This document shows positions 1-9,600 of a stretch of 64,000 nucleotides of DNA, one piece after another. The position numbers were made by a program, and so were the translations under genes. Numbering within the stretch: the first letter of the stretch is position 1; every line of letters starts with the position of its first letter. This DNA is from an uncultured Clostridia bacterium (GTDB lineage Bacteria; Bacillota; Clostridia; TANB77; CAG-465): NCBI GenBank assembly GCA_947584535.1, contig CANPWO010000003.1, positions 3,871 to 67,870 on the forward strand. Reading direction: 5' to 3'. The notes under the pieces were generated by a model. It searched no databases. It saw only the letters and a program-made list of their open reading frames with translations, and had not been told where the DNA came from.

Positions 1-1127
1 CTAAAGGAAGATGTGATAAAATTGGCTATGAAGATTCAAATTTAATTTATAAAAATCTAAATAATGGTAAGTCTATTAATGGAGAACTAGTTTCAATGCC
101 AAGTCATAGTGAGGCAATGAAAGTATTACTTGATAAGCTTATGGACGATGAGTATGGTGTTATAAAAGATGTAAATGATATATATGCTGTAGGACATAGA
201 TTAGTACATGGCGGAGAAAGATTCTCAAGTTCTGTACTAATTACTGATGAAGTATTAGATGAAGTAAAGGAATTATCACCATTAGCACCACTTCATAATC
301 CTGGTTGCATAATGGGTGTTGAAGCAATAAAAAGTATTGCACCACAGCTTAAAAATGTAGGTGTATTTGATACTGCGTTTCATCAAACAATACCTGATTT
401 TAACTATATTTATGCAATACCATACAAATATTATGAACAATATAAAATAAGAAGATATGGTTTCCATGGTACTTCATTTATGTACATTCTTGATAGACTA
501 TCTGTATTACTTAATAAGAAAAAAGAAGATATAAATGCGATTATTTGTCACTTAGGTGGTGGCGCAAGTGTTTGTGCAATAAAAGATGGTAAATCATATG
601 ATACATCTATGGGCTTTACACCACTTGAGGGGTTAGTTATGGAAAGTAGATGTGGAGATATTGATCCATCAATAGTAATTAGATTAATGAAACAAGAAAA
701 TTTATCAGTTGATGAAATTGATAGAATATTAAATAAGGAATCTGGAAGAATAGGACTTACAGGTATTGGTGATTTTAGATTAATGACTGAAGCTGCTGAT
801 AACGGAAATGAAAGAGCAATACTTGCAAGAAAAATACAAGCAAATAGAACTAAGAAATATGTTGGTTCATATCTTGCTGAACTTAACAGAGTAGATGCAA
901 TTGCATTTACAGGTGGTATACTTGAAAATAACTCTGAAGAAATAAGAATGACAATCTCTAACATGGAAAACCTTGGTATAATTCTTGATGAAGAAAGAAA
1001 TAGAAATGGTAGTGGTAAAGAATCATTAGTATCAAGTGATGATTCAAAAGTTAAATTATTTGTTATTCCAACAAATGAAGAATTACAAATTGCAAAACAA
1101 ACTTTGGAAGTGTTAGGAGCATGTTAA
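1..1127 (+). CDS. ackA: acetate kinase, 5' end cut by window edge
   Basis: ORF 96..1127 plus an open in-frame extension back to nt 3. Motifs VHGGERF, PLHNPG, VFDTAFHQT and RRYGFHGTS are typical of acetate kinases (ASKHA fold). Confidence 0.85.
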   Translation, partial: KGRCDKIGYEDSNLIYKNLNNGKSINGELVSMPSHSEAMKVLLDKLMDDEYGVIKDVNDIYAVGHRLVHGGERFSSSVLITDEVLDEVKELSPLAPLHNPGCIMGVEAIKSIAPQLKNVGVFDTAFHQTIPDFNYIYAIPYKYYEQYKIRRYGFHGTSFMYILDRLSVLLNKKKEDINAIICHLGGGASVCAIKDGKSYDTSMGFTPLEGLVMESRCGDIDPSIVIRLMKQENLSVDEIDRILNKESGRIGLTGIGDFRLMTEAADNGNERAILARKIQANRTKKYVGSYLAELNRVDAIAFTGGILENNSEEIRMTISNMENLGIILDEERNRNGSGKESLVSSDDSKVKLFVIPTNEELQIAKQTLEVLGAC

Positions 1128-2341
1128 AAAAAATACAACAAACATTATCTAAATATAACAAAAAAGTGTGGGTAATGTATAATGCCGAAAATCATGATAA
1201 ATATTTTTGTAAATTTTTCTCAAGAAATTTAAGTACACAAAGTATATGTATAATATCTACAGATGATATATATATATTAGTTTCAAGTTTGGATGCACAA
1301 AATGTAACCAAACTTAAATATAATAAGGAAAAAATACACATACTAATATATGAAAATTCTGCAAAATTACATGAGTATATTGAAGATGTAATTGCAAACT
1401 TGAAATTTCCAAATGAAATATGTTTGTCTTATTCTACAATGTCAGATAAAAGTACTGATATACTAACACATGGGGATTTTGTAATGCTTACAACATTACT
1501 TAAAGCGCCATATCAAAAATATTCAAAGAAAGTAAAGTTTTCTTCTGCAGAAAAAATAATATACGATTTAGTGGCTGAAAAAACAATTAAACAATTAGAA
1601 AGATTAAAATTTATTGCAAATATTACTAGTGAAATTCTTGATACGACTTTTGAAAAATTAAGAGTAGGTGTAACCGAGATACAAATTGTCAATTTAACTA
1701 CAAATATTACAAATGAAATAATGAAAAAGTATATTGGTAAAAATAATATACAAAGTTACGGTATGGCATGGGAAAATTGCCCAATTGTACTTACAGGTGA
1801 AAATTTCTTAAAAGGCGGTCATGCACTTCCATCCTCTAAAAAATTAAATAGAGGAGATACAGTATATTTTGATTTTGGAATAGAAGTAACATTTGATGAT
1901 AAAGAAACGTTATATTCTGATATGCAAAGAATGGGATATGTATTAAAGCAAAATGAAACATCAGCACCAAAAGATGTGCAAAAAGTTTTTGATACATTAG
2001 TAGAAGCAATAGAAGATGGAATTGATGAATTAAAGCCTGGGAAAAAAGGCTATGAAATTGATACGATAGTTAGAAATAAGATTACAAAAGCAGGGTATCC
2101 TGACTATAATCATGCAACAGGTCATCCAGTAGGGTTAAAAGTGCATGATATTGGTGCAATTATAACACTCAAAAATTCAAAAAGAGCAAGACTAGAACTT
2201 GTTGAAAATGGTGTTTATACATTAGAACCAAGAGTAAGTATATCAAATGGCGGTTCGATAGAAGAGATGATACAAGTAACTAAGTTTGGTGGATTGCCAC
2301 TTTGTAATACACAAAAGAAATTATATTTAATAAAAGAATAA
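1121..2341 (+). CDS. M24-family metallopeptidase (Xaa-Pro aminopeptidase/creatinase-like)
   Basis: 406-aa ORF. The C-terminal pita-bread signature HATGHPVGLKVHD and acidic metal ligands are present. Its start overlaps the ackA stop. Confidence 0.6.
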   Translation: MLKKIQQTLSKYNKKVWVMYNAENHDKYFCKFFSRNLSTQSICIISTDDIYILVSSLDAQNVTKLKYNKEKIHILIYENSAKLHEYIEDVIANLKFPNEICLSYSTMSDKSTDILTHGDFVMLTTLLKAPYQKYSKKVKFSSAEKIIYDLVAEKTIKQLERLKFIANITSEILDTTFEKLRVGVTEIQIVNLTTNITNEIMKKYIGKNNIQSYGMAWENCPIVLTGENFLKGGHALPSSKKLNRGDTVYFDFGIEVTFDDKETLYSDMQRMGYVLKQNETSAPKDVQKVFDTLVEAIEDGIDELKPGKKGYEIDTIVRNKITKAGYPDYNHATGHPVGLKVHDIGAIITLKNSKRARLELVENGVYTLEPRVSISNGGSIEEMIQVTKFGGLPLCNTQKKLYLIKE

Positions 2342-2357
2342 TAAGGGGGAAAAATAT

Positions 2358-2513
2358 ATGGAGCTTGCAAAGTTACTTGCTTTGATAGTTGGTGGTATTT
2401 GGGTATTAATACTACTTATATATCTAATTATGAAGGATATTAAAGATAGAAAATATAACCATGTACTAAAAACTAAAGAACAAATGCTAAGAGATGATAA
2501 GGATAAATTTTAA
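2358..2513 (+). CDS. small single-pass membrane protein (51 aa), below the ORF-track threshold
   Basis: An AAGGGGGA SD lies 7 nt before the ATG. Sequence MELAKLLALIVGGIWVLILLIYLIM is followed by a K/D-rich tail and a clean stop at 2511-2513. Confidence 0.45.
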   Translation: MELAKLLALIVGGIWVLILLIYLIMKDIKDRKYNHVLKTKEQMLRDDKDKF

Positions 2514-2527
2514 GAAAGGATGATAAT

Positions 2528-3914
2528 ATGAAATTAAGTTACAACAAGGAAGATATATACAGTAAGTTAGATGAAAAAGAATTAAAAGAAGTAGATGGCT
2601 TTTCAAAAGAGTATATTGAATTTTTAAATAAGGCAAAAACTGAATATGTTTGTGTTGAAGAATTTACAAAAATGCTTGATAAGAATAATTTTGTAGATAT
2701 TAATACAAAAAAAGAACTTAAAAAAGGCGATAGGGTATATTTTATTAATAAAGATAAAGCGATATTTGTTGCTGTGATTGGAAAAGATGATTTAAGTAAA
2801 GGTGTAAATATAATTGGAGCACATATTGATAGCCCAAGACTTGATTTAAAGCCAATGCCTATATATGAAAATAAAGATGTATGTTTGCTAAAAACTCAAT
2901 TTTATGGTGGTATAAAAAAATATCAATGGATGTCTATACCTCTTGCTATGTATGGTGTAATATATAATGAAAAAGGCGAAAAAATTAAAATAGCAATCGG
3001 TGATGATAAAGATGATTTATGCTTTACAATAGCAGATTTACTTCCTCACCTTGCTAAAGAACAAATGAAAGCTAACGCAAATGAGTTTATTGATCCTGAG
3101 AAGATGTCTATATTGTTTGGAAGCATTAAAGATAAAGAGGCAAAGAAAAACAAAGTTAAAGAGAATGTATTAAAAATTCTTAATAAGAAATATGGAATTA
3201 AAGAAATAGATTTTGCAAGAAGTGAAATATCATTTGTTCCTGCTTTTAGAGCTAAATATGTTGGTATTGACTCATCATTTATCGGTGGCTATGGGCAAGA
3301 TGATAGAGTTTGTGCATATACAACAATTAGAGCAATGCTTGATATTTTAAAAGAAGAAAAAGAAATAAAAAGAACAATGGTTGCAATGGTTGTTGATAAA
3401 GAAGAAATAGGAAGTATTGGAAATACATCAATGAGCACTGAAGCATTTGATTTATTTATAAACAAAATAATTGCAAAAAGTGGTAAAAAAGATATTGATA
3501 AATTAGAAGTGTATTATAACTCAAAAATGTTATCAGCAGATGTATCAGCAGGTGTTGATCCAGTATTTGAAGAAGTATCTGATGTACAAAATGGTAATAT
3601 GCTTGGATGCCGGTATTGCTGTTGAAAAATATACAGGTAGTGGCGGAAAATACAATGCATCTGATGCTAATGCTAAATATGTAAGTGAAGTTATGAATAT
3701 ATTTGAAAAAAATAATGTAGCATTCCAACTTGGAACTTTAGGTAAAATCGGAAAAGGAGGAGGCGGAACTATTGCATATATACTTGCTAATAAAGGTGTA
3801 GATGTAATAGATTGCGGTACACCAGTTCTTGCAATGCACTCTCCATTTGAAATAACTTCAAAATTTGATGTATATATGACATATCAAGCATATAAAGCAT
3901 TCTTTAAAAATTAG
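2528..3914 (+). pseudogene. M18-family aminopeptidase interrupted by a +1 frameshift around nt 3605-3612
   Basis: ORFs 2528..3625 and 3540..3914 are in frames +1 apart. Together they encode a roughly 460-aa M18 aminopeptidase (GAHIDSPRLDLKP ... AGIAVEKYTGSGGKYNASDANA ... GGGGTIAYILA). Confidence 0.7.
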
Positions 3915-3923
3915 TAAAAAAAG

Positions 3924-3959
3924 AAACTGTTAGTTTTTATATAAATTAACAGTTTTTTT
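3924..3959 (+). terminator. rho-independent terminator after the aminopeptidase gene
   Basis: AAACTGTTA / TAACAGTTT stem followed by a T7 run. Confidence 0.7.
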
Positions 3960-4030
3960 GTAGCATTTATTTTAAAATATACATAATATATATTAGCGTT
4001 AAAAACGCATATGAAAGGGGAAAAAATAAA

Positions 4031-4216
4031 ATGTGTGGATGTAATAACTCTTGGAATAATTGTTGCTGTCAAAAAAGTAATAATTGTTGTCAACAACAAA
4101 CAACTTGCATTTGTAAATGTTGTAAACAAGTAAGTAATTCTTGTTGTTGCCAAAATAAAATGCAACAACCATCTTGTTGCTGTTCTAATATTGGTACAGG
4201 ATATAACAACTGGTAA
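4031..4216 (+). CDS. cysteine-rich small protein (61 aa, 20 Cys, N/Q-rich)
   Basis: A GAAAGGGGA SD precedes the ATG. Sequence: MCGCNNSWNNCCCQKSNNCCQQQTTCICKCCKQVSNSCCCQNKMQQPSCCCSNIGTGYNNW. The CDS has its own terminator hairpin downstream. Confidence 0.55.
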   Translation: MCGCNNSWNNCCCQKSNNCCQQQTTCICKCCKQVSNSCCCQNKMQQPSCCCSNIGTGYNNW

Positions 4217-4224
4217 AAAAATTA

Positions 4225-4252
4225 TATGAAAAGCTTTTTATAGCTTTTCATA
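4225..4252. terminator. bidirectional hairpin between convergent genes
   Basis: Perfect 11-bp stem TATGAAAAGCT / AGCTTTTCATA. An A7 run sits on the + side, which gives a U-tract for the minus-strand SDR gene. Confidence 0.7.
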
Positions 4253-4262
4253 CATAAAATGA

Positions 4263-5069
4263 TTACATCCCAAAAATTCTGCCAAGTTGTATAAAAAACG
4301 CTTGTGATTTAGGAGCAGTATATCTATGTTTTAATTTGTTACATTCCACAGCTTTTATATATTGATTTATTATAGTATCAAATTTTTTACGTTCGAGGAA
4401 ATTAAATATTTTTTCCTCCTTTTCTTTTATATCTTGCCATTTATACCTAAAATATGATTCTCTTTGCATCCATTCAAATTTTTTATCATTGTTTTCTTTA
4501 TTAAAACCTGTAGCGTATGCACCAGGCTCAATTATACCTACCTGTATATTAGTTCCATCAAGGTCTTTAAGCTCTTTTCTAAGTGATGATGCAAAAGCTT
4601 CAATAGCAAATTTTGAAGCACAGTATGGTGCAAGAAACGGATATGATATTCTACCAAAAAGTGATGAAACAAAAATTACTTTTCCCTTTTTTTCTTCAAT
4701 TAGTTTCTTTAATGCAATTTGTGTTATTTTTATATTAGAAAATACATTAGTCTCAAATACATTTTCAAATCTATCTACTCTTATTTCACTAACTGAACCA
4801 GAGTCACCAATTGCAGCATTATTTACAAGTATATTAAAATCTATATTAAGTAGTTTGTTTCTATCTTCATCAAGTAATATATCAAGTTTAAAACTTCTTA
4901 AATCTATATTTTCATCTTTAGCTTGCTTTTTTAATTCATTAACCTCTGTATCATATCTAGCAGTTGCATAGACTGTATGTCCTCGCCTTGCAAGTGCAAG
5001 AGCTGCTTCTTTTCCAAGTCCACTACCAGCACCTGTAATTAATATTTTTTCTTTATTCATTATTTTCAC
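4263..5069 (-). CDS. short-chain dehydrogenase/reductase (SDR) family oxidoreductase
   Basis: N-terminal TGAGSGLG Rossmann motif and a YxxxK catalytic motif (YCASK). 268 aa. Confidence 0.9.
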   Translation of the reverse strand: MKIMNKEKILITGAGSGLGKEAALALARRGHTVYATARYDTEVNELKKQAKDENIDLRSFKLDILLDEDRNKLLNIDFNILVNNAAIGDSGSVSEIRVDRFENVFETNVFSNIKITQIALKKLIEEKKGKVIFVSSLFGRISYPFLAPYCASKFAIEAFASSLRKELKDLDGTNIQVGIIEPGAYATGFNKENNDKKFEWMQRESYFRYKWQDIKEKEEKIFNFLERKKFDTIINQYIKAVECNKLKHRYTAPKSQAFFIQLGRIFGM

Positions 5070-5131
5070 CTAAAATTAGTATTTGTAGTAATTTGCAAAT
5101 TATAATTAATATAATCATCTTCTTAAAAAAA

Positions 5132-5160
5132 TTGACATAATTAAATTCCTATGCTATAAT
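5132..5160 (+). promoter_or_regulatory. sigma-A promoter TTGACA-17-TATAAT (perfect consensus)
   Basis: -35 at 5132-5137 and -10 at 5155-5160, about 50 nt upstream of the 5211 ORF. Confidence 0.6.
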
Positions 5161-5210
5161 ACTAAAGTAAAATATATAAACTAAATTAATAATTTAAGGA
5201 GGAATATAAT

Positions 5211-5729
5211 ATGGGATATAATACAGGAACTTTTTTGCTCAGAGAAGAATTACTTGAACAAATTTTAAAAAAAATTCTTAAAGCACACGAAAAATTAAAT
5301 AATTTAAATCATATTGATAATATTTTCTATTTAAAGAATGAATATGATAAATATTTAGAAAAACTATTTTATATGTATGATAAACAATTTATGGAAGATT
5401 TATTTTCTAACTTATTAAAAGAAGAATCTTTTAATCCAGCTGATTTTGATAATGCTTGGCTTATGTTTGCATCAAAATACAAAAATTATGGTGTAGTTAA
5501 AAAGTTGATAGAGGATGAAAGAGTTGACCCGTATGCACGTGAAGATGTAGCATTAGAAAACACTTTTATTAAGAATGACCCAATTATGGCTGAATTAATT
5601 CTTAGTGTATATCATAAGGCCATAGTAAATAAGAAAGAAGATCTTTTTAAACATTTAATAAATTATGCTGTTAATAGAGGTCGTTATAAAATGGCACAGC
5701 TACTTTTAAATAAATTAGTACAGGAGTGA
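5211..5729 (+). CDS. hypothetical cytoplasmic protein (172 aa)
   Basis: AAGGAGGA SD. I recognise no family from the sequence. Confidence 0.55.
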   Translation: MGYNTGTFLLREELLEQILKKILKAHEKLNNLNHIDNIFYLKNEYDKYLEKLFYMYDKQFMEDLFSNLLKEESFNPADFDNAWLMFASKYKNYGVVKKLIEDERVDPYAREDVALENTFIKNDPIMAELILSVYHKAIVNKKEDLFKHLINYAVNRGRYKMAQLLLNKLVQE

Positions 5730-5733
5730 TAAT

Positions 5734-6408
5734 ATGACACAATTTATACATTTTCTTTTATATGTTGCTGTAACGTTTATATCAACATCACTTGGAACAC
5801 AAATTATAAAAAAGTACTTTAGAGCAATTACATTACGGAAGATAAGCTTTAAGGATTTAACGCAAGATGGTGGATTTCCATCGTCACATACTGCATTTTC
5901 AGTATCTTGGACTGTAATAGCCATATTTGTAACTGCAAAGTTATTTATGATTAATTCTTCTTATGAAATATTACTTTTGGCAATGGCAGTTTCTACAATA
6001 GCTATTGGTAATATGTGTGTTGTAATTAGAGATGCACTTGGAGTAAGAAGAACTGTTCAAATACTTTGTGATGCAGTAAAGAAGAGTGCTGAAACAAACA
6101 ACGAATTTTTTTCAAAAGTTTATCTTATAAGGCAAGACGATAATGAAGTGGCAACAAAAATTCAAAGAAATTTTGAAGATATTGCTGAGAAAATGAATAT
6201 AAGATCAGGTCATTTGCCTCATGAGGTAATTGGTGGTGCTTGTTGGGGAATATTTGTTGCTAGTGCAATTTCATCTTTTTACTTTAAGTTTTATACCTTA
6301 ATGATACTTTCCATAATTTGTATAGTATTATATATTATCTGTATTTCTATATTTATAAAATTCAGTAATAAGATACTTTCATTTGTTATGAAAATTATAG
6401 GTAAATAA
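5734..6408 (+). CDS. divergent PAP2 family membrane protein (YuiD-like) with a C-terminal TM extension
   Basis: GGFPSSHTAF and GVRR motifs and overall collinearity with B. subtilis YuiD. AGGAGTG SD. Confidence 0.7.
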   Translation: MTQFIHFLLYVAVTFISTSLGTQIIKKYFRAITLRKISFKDLTQDGGFPSSHTAFSVSWTVIAIFVTAKLFMINSSYEILLLAMAVSTIAIGNMCVVIRDALGVRRTVQILCDAVKKSAETNNEFFSKVYLIRQDDNEVATKIQRNFEDIAEKMNIRSGHLPHEVIGGACWGIFVASAISSFYFKFYTLMILSIICIVLYIICISIFIKFSNKILSFVMKIIGK

Positions 6409-6415
6409 ACTATGG

Positions 6416-6447
6416 AAAGACATGCTAATTTTAGCGTGTCTTTTTTT
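6416..6447 (+). terminator. rho-independent terminator
   Basis: GAAAGACATGC / GCGTGTCTTT stem followed by a T7 run. Confidence 0.65.
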
Positions 6448-6485
6448 GAATGTAAAAAAAATTTTAGAAAATTTATGTCTCTTTA

Positions 6486-6514
6486 TTGCAACTATCTTTG
6501 TTTTGTGTTATACT
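6486..6514 (+). promoter_or_regulatory. sigma-A promoter TTGCAA-17-TATACT with a TG-extended -10, upstream of the giant gene
   Basis: -35 at 6486-6491 and -10 at 6509-6514. A GGAGG SD lies at 6621-6625. Confidence 0.5.
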
Positions 6515-6637
6515 AACCATAGTGATATATTTAGGAAGTGAAACTGATATAGAGAAAATGCACTAATTAGTAGCTTTTCAAACGCTTTCATATTCCTAAA
6601 ATATATTTTTGTATGTATATGGAGGTTAAATATATAA

Positions 6638-9600
6638 ATGAAAACAGGTATAAACAAAGTTGCAATGAAAGATAAAAAAGAAGGAATATCATTACTAGTA
6701 TTAATAATAACAATAATAGTAATGATAATACTAGCAGGAGCTGTAATCTTGTCAATAACAAATAATAATCCAGTATCAAAAGCAAATGAAACTAAGGTAA
6801 AAACAGATTTAACAGCATTAAAAGATGAGTATAATAATTTTTACTCAAGTGCCTTGTTTGATAATGTATCAAATACAAAAGGATACTATACAGACAAGAT
6901 GAATATAACAAAAGAAGGAAATATAATATATAAAGGAAAAGTAGTAAACGAGGGTGAAAATAACAGTCTCGCTTCTATCATGCCAAGTATAGTAGGAACA
7001 GAATACGAAGGGAAAGTATTTGTAGCAGATGGGAAGATATATATAGATAACAGAGATAAGTTTTTAAGTGAAGAACAACAAGAATGGGCAAAAGAAGTAG
7101 GAATAAATATATTAAATGAAGGAGAAGTACTGGTATTAAGTACAGAGGAAGTAAGCTTAAAGATAAGTCAAAAAGAAAGAATATATGCAACAGTATTGCC
7201 AGATGCAGATAGCCAAGTAGAATTTGAAATAGATGAGCAAACAAGAGCAAGAATAATAGAAGAAAAAGAAAATACAGTAGATATACAAGGAATAAGTGAT
7301 GGAATAGCAATACTAACAGCAAAAGTAACAGCAAAAGATGGAGTAGAGATAGAAAAGAAAGTAACAGTAAAAGTAAATGTAGGAGACTATATAAAAGTAG
7401 AAAGAATAACAATAGATCCAAGTGAAGTAGTACTTGGATTAGATGACGAACAACAGTTAAGAGCAATAATAACACCAGAGAGTGCAGATAACCAAGATGT
7501 ATCATGGGAAGTAGAAAGTCAAAATCCACAAGGCGCAGTAGAGTTATCACAAATAGGAGTAGTAACAGGAAGAGATGTAGGAGAAGCAAAGATAATAGCA
7601 AAGGGAGAATATGGAAACTTAACATCAGAAGTATGTAGTGTAAGTGTAATAGATAAAACAAAAATAACACTAGATAAGCAAACATTGCAATTAAGAAAAG
7701 GACAAAAAGATACATTAAAAGCAACAGTAGAAAATAAAAATGTAAGAGAAGGAACATTAACGTGGGAAACAAGTGATGATGCAAAAGTAGGAGTAGACCA
7801 GGATGGAAATATAACAGCAAAAGAAGTAGGAAGTGCAACAATAACAGCAAAATATCTAACTAAATCAGTAAGCTGTGTAGTAACAGTAGAAGAACCACTA
7901 AACTTAAAAGCAGAAGTAACAGAGGCAAGAGGAACAATAGTAATATTAAAAATAGATGCAGATACAACATATTCAACAATAGATAAAATACAAGTAAGAT
8001 ACAAAGAAGAAAATGCAACAGAATGGCAAACACAAGAAATAACAGTAAATGCAGAAACATATTCAAAAGATGATTATCAAATAACAGGATTAACAGCAGA
8101 AAAGAAATATGACATAGAAGTAATAGCACACTTAAAAGATGGCGGACAAGATAAAAAAGTAGTATTAACAGCAACACCAAGTAAAATACCAGTAGAAAGT
8201 GTAACAATATCACCAAAGCCATTACAAATATACCATGGAGATAAAACAAAAAAATTAGAAGCAAAAGTATTGCCACAAGATGCAACAAACAAAAAAGTAA
8301 GATGGGAAAGTAGTCAAAAAGATATAGCAACAATAGATGCAAATGGAACAATAACACCAGTAGAAGTAGGAACAACAATAATAACAGCTATATCAGAAGA
8401 TGATGAAACAAAAAGAGATACTTGTGAAGTAGAAATACAAGAACCAATAACATTTAGTGCAAGTGTAGTAAAAGAAAGTATAACATCAAGTATAATACCA
8501 TTAAATATATATGCAAAAACAGAATATGGTAATATAACAGAAATAAAAGTAAGGTATAAAGAAAAAACAGAAACAGAAGAAACAAAGTGGCAAGAAATAA
8601 CAATACCAGAAGCTGTAAATGAAACAGAATATACAAATGAAAAATACCAAATAACAAATTTAAAACCATATACAGAATATGAAATAGAAGTAAGTGTAAC
8701 AATATCAAGTGGAAGAAGTAAAAAAGAAACATTAGAAGTAACACAAACTAAAAAAATAGATGTATCAAGTATAACAATAGAACCAACAACTATACAGATA
8801 CCACTTGGAAATACAAAAGAAATACAAGCAACATTAACACCAAAAGATGCAACATTCCAAGGACTAACTTGGGAAAGTGAAAAAACAAATATAGCAACAA
8901 TAACAGGAGAAGAAACAGCAACAGATGGAGTAGCAAAAGCAACAATAATAGCAAAAGAGATAGGAAATACAACAGTAACAGTAAAATCAAAAGATAACGA
9001 ACAAGCAATAGCTGAGTGCCAAGTACAAGTAACAGAGCCAATATCATTAACAGCAAGTGTAGATACAGGTGGAATAACAGAAACAGTAATACCAGTAAAT
9101 ATACAAACATCAACAGAACATGGAACAATAAGTAAAATAGAAGTAATGTATAAGAAAAAAGATACAGAAGATGAATATACAACACAAAATGTAGAGATAC
9201 AACCAGACCAAACAGAATATAACGGAAAATATGAAATAAAAAACTTAGAGCCAGGAATAGAATATAGCATACAAGTAAAAGTAACAATAACAAGTGAACA
9301 AATAAAAGAACATAGTAAATCAATAAACGATTTAGAAGGAACAACTAAGAAAATAAATGTAGATAGTATAACTTTAGATAAGACAGAAGAAACAATAATA
9401 CTTGGAAGTATGGATTCATTACAACTAACAGCAACAATACAACCACCAGATGCAACAAACAAACTATTAACTTGGACAAGTAATGAACAAACAGTAGCAG
9501 AGGTAGACCAAACAGGAAAAGTAACAATAAAAGGAGTAGGAAGTGCAATAATAACAGTTACATCACAAGATAACGAAAGTGCAAAAGCAGAATGTAAAAT

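Noticed and set aside
282-964. Two minus-strand ORFs (61 and 138 aa) inside ackA.
   Set aside because: Antisense to a highly conserved acetate kinase coding region. No translation signals.
3982-3990. Sporulation (SigK or SigE) promoter call for the Cys-rich peptide gene.
   Set aside because: CATAATATA resembles a SigK -10, but no AC -35 occurs at the required 16-18 nt spacing. It is left as a remark only.
4489-4971. 160-aa + strand ORF antisense to the SDR gene.
   Set aside because: Entirely within a confidently assigned minus-strand SDR CDS. The Ser/Leu-rich translation is typical of antisense frames.
6638-6760. Type IV prepilin-like N-terminus on the giant protein.
   Set aside because: The KKEG-ISLLV layout is suggestive, but the hallmark +1 Phe and +5 Glu are absent and no pilus-assembly genes are in the window. 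It is kept only as a caveat inside the giant-protein finding, not as a feature.
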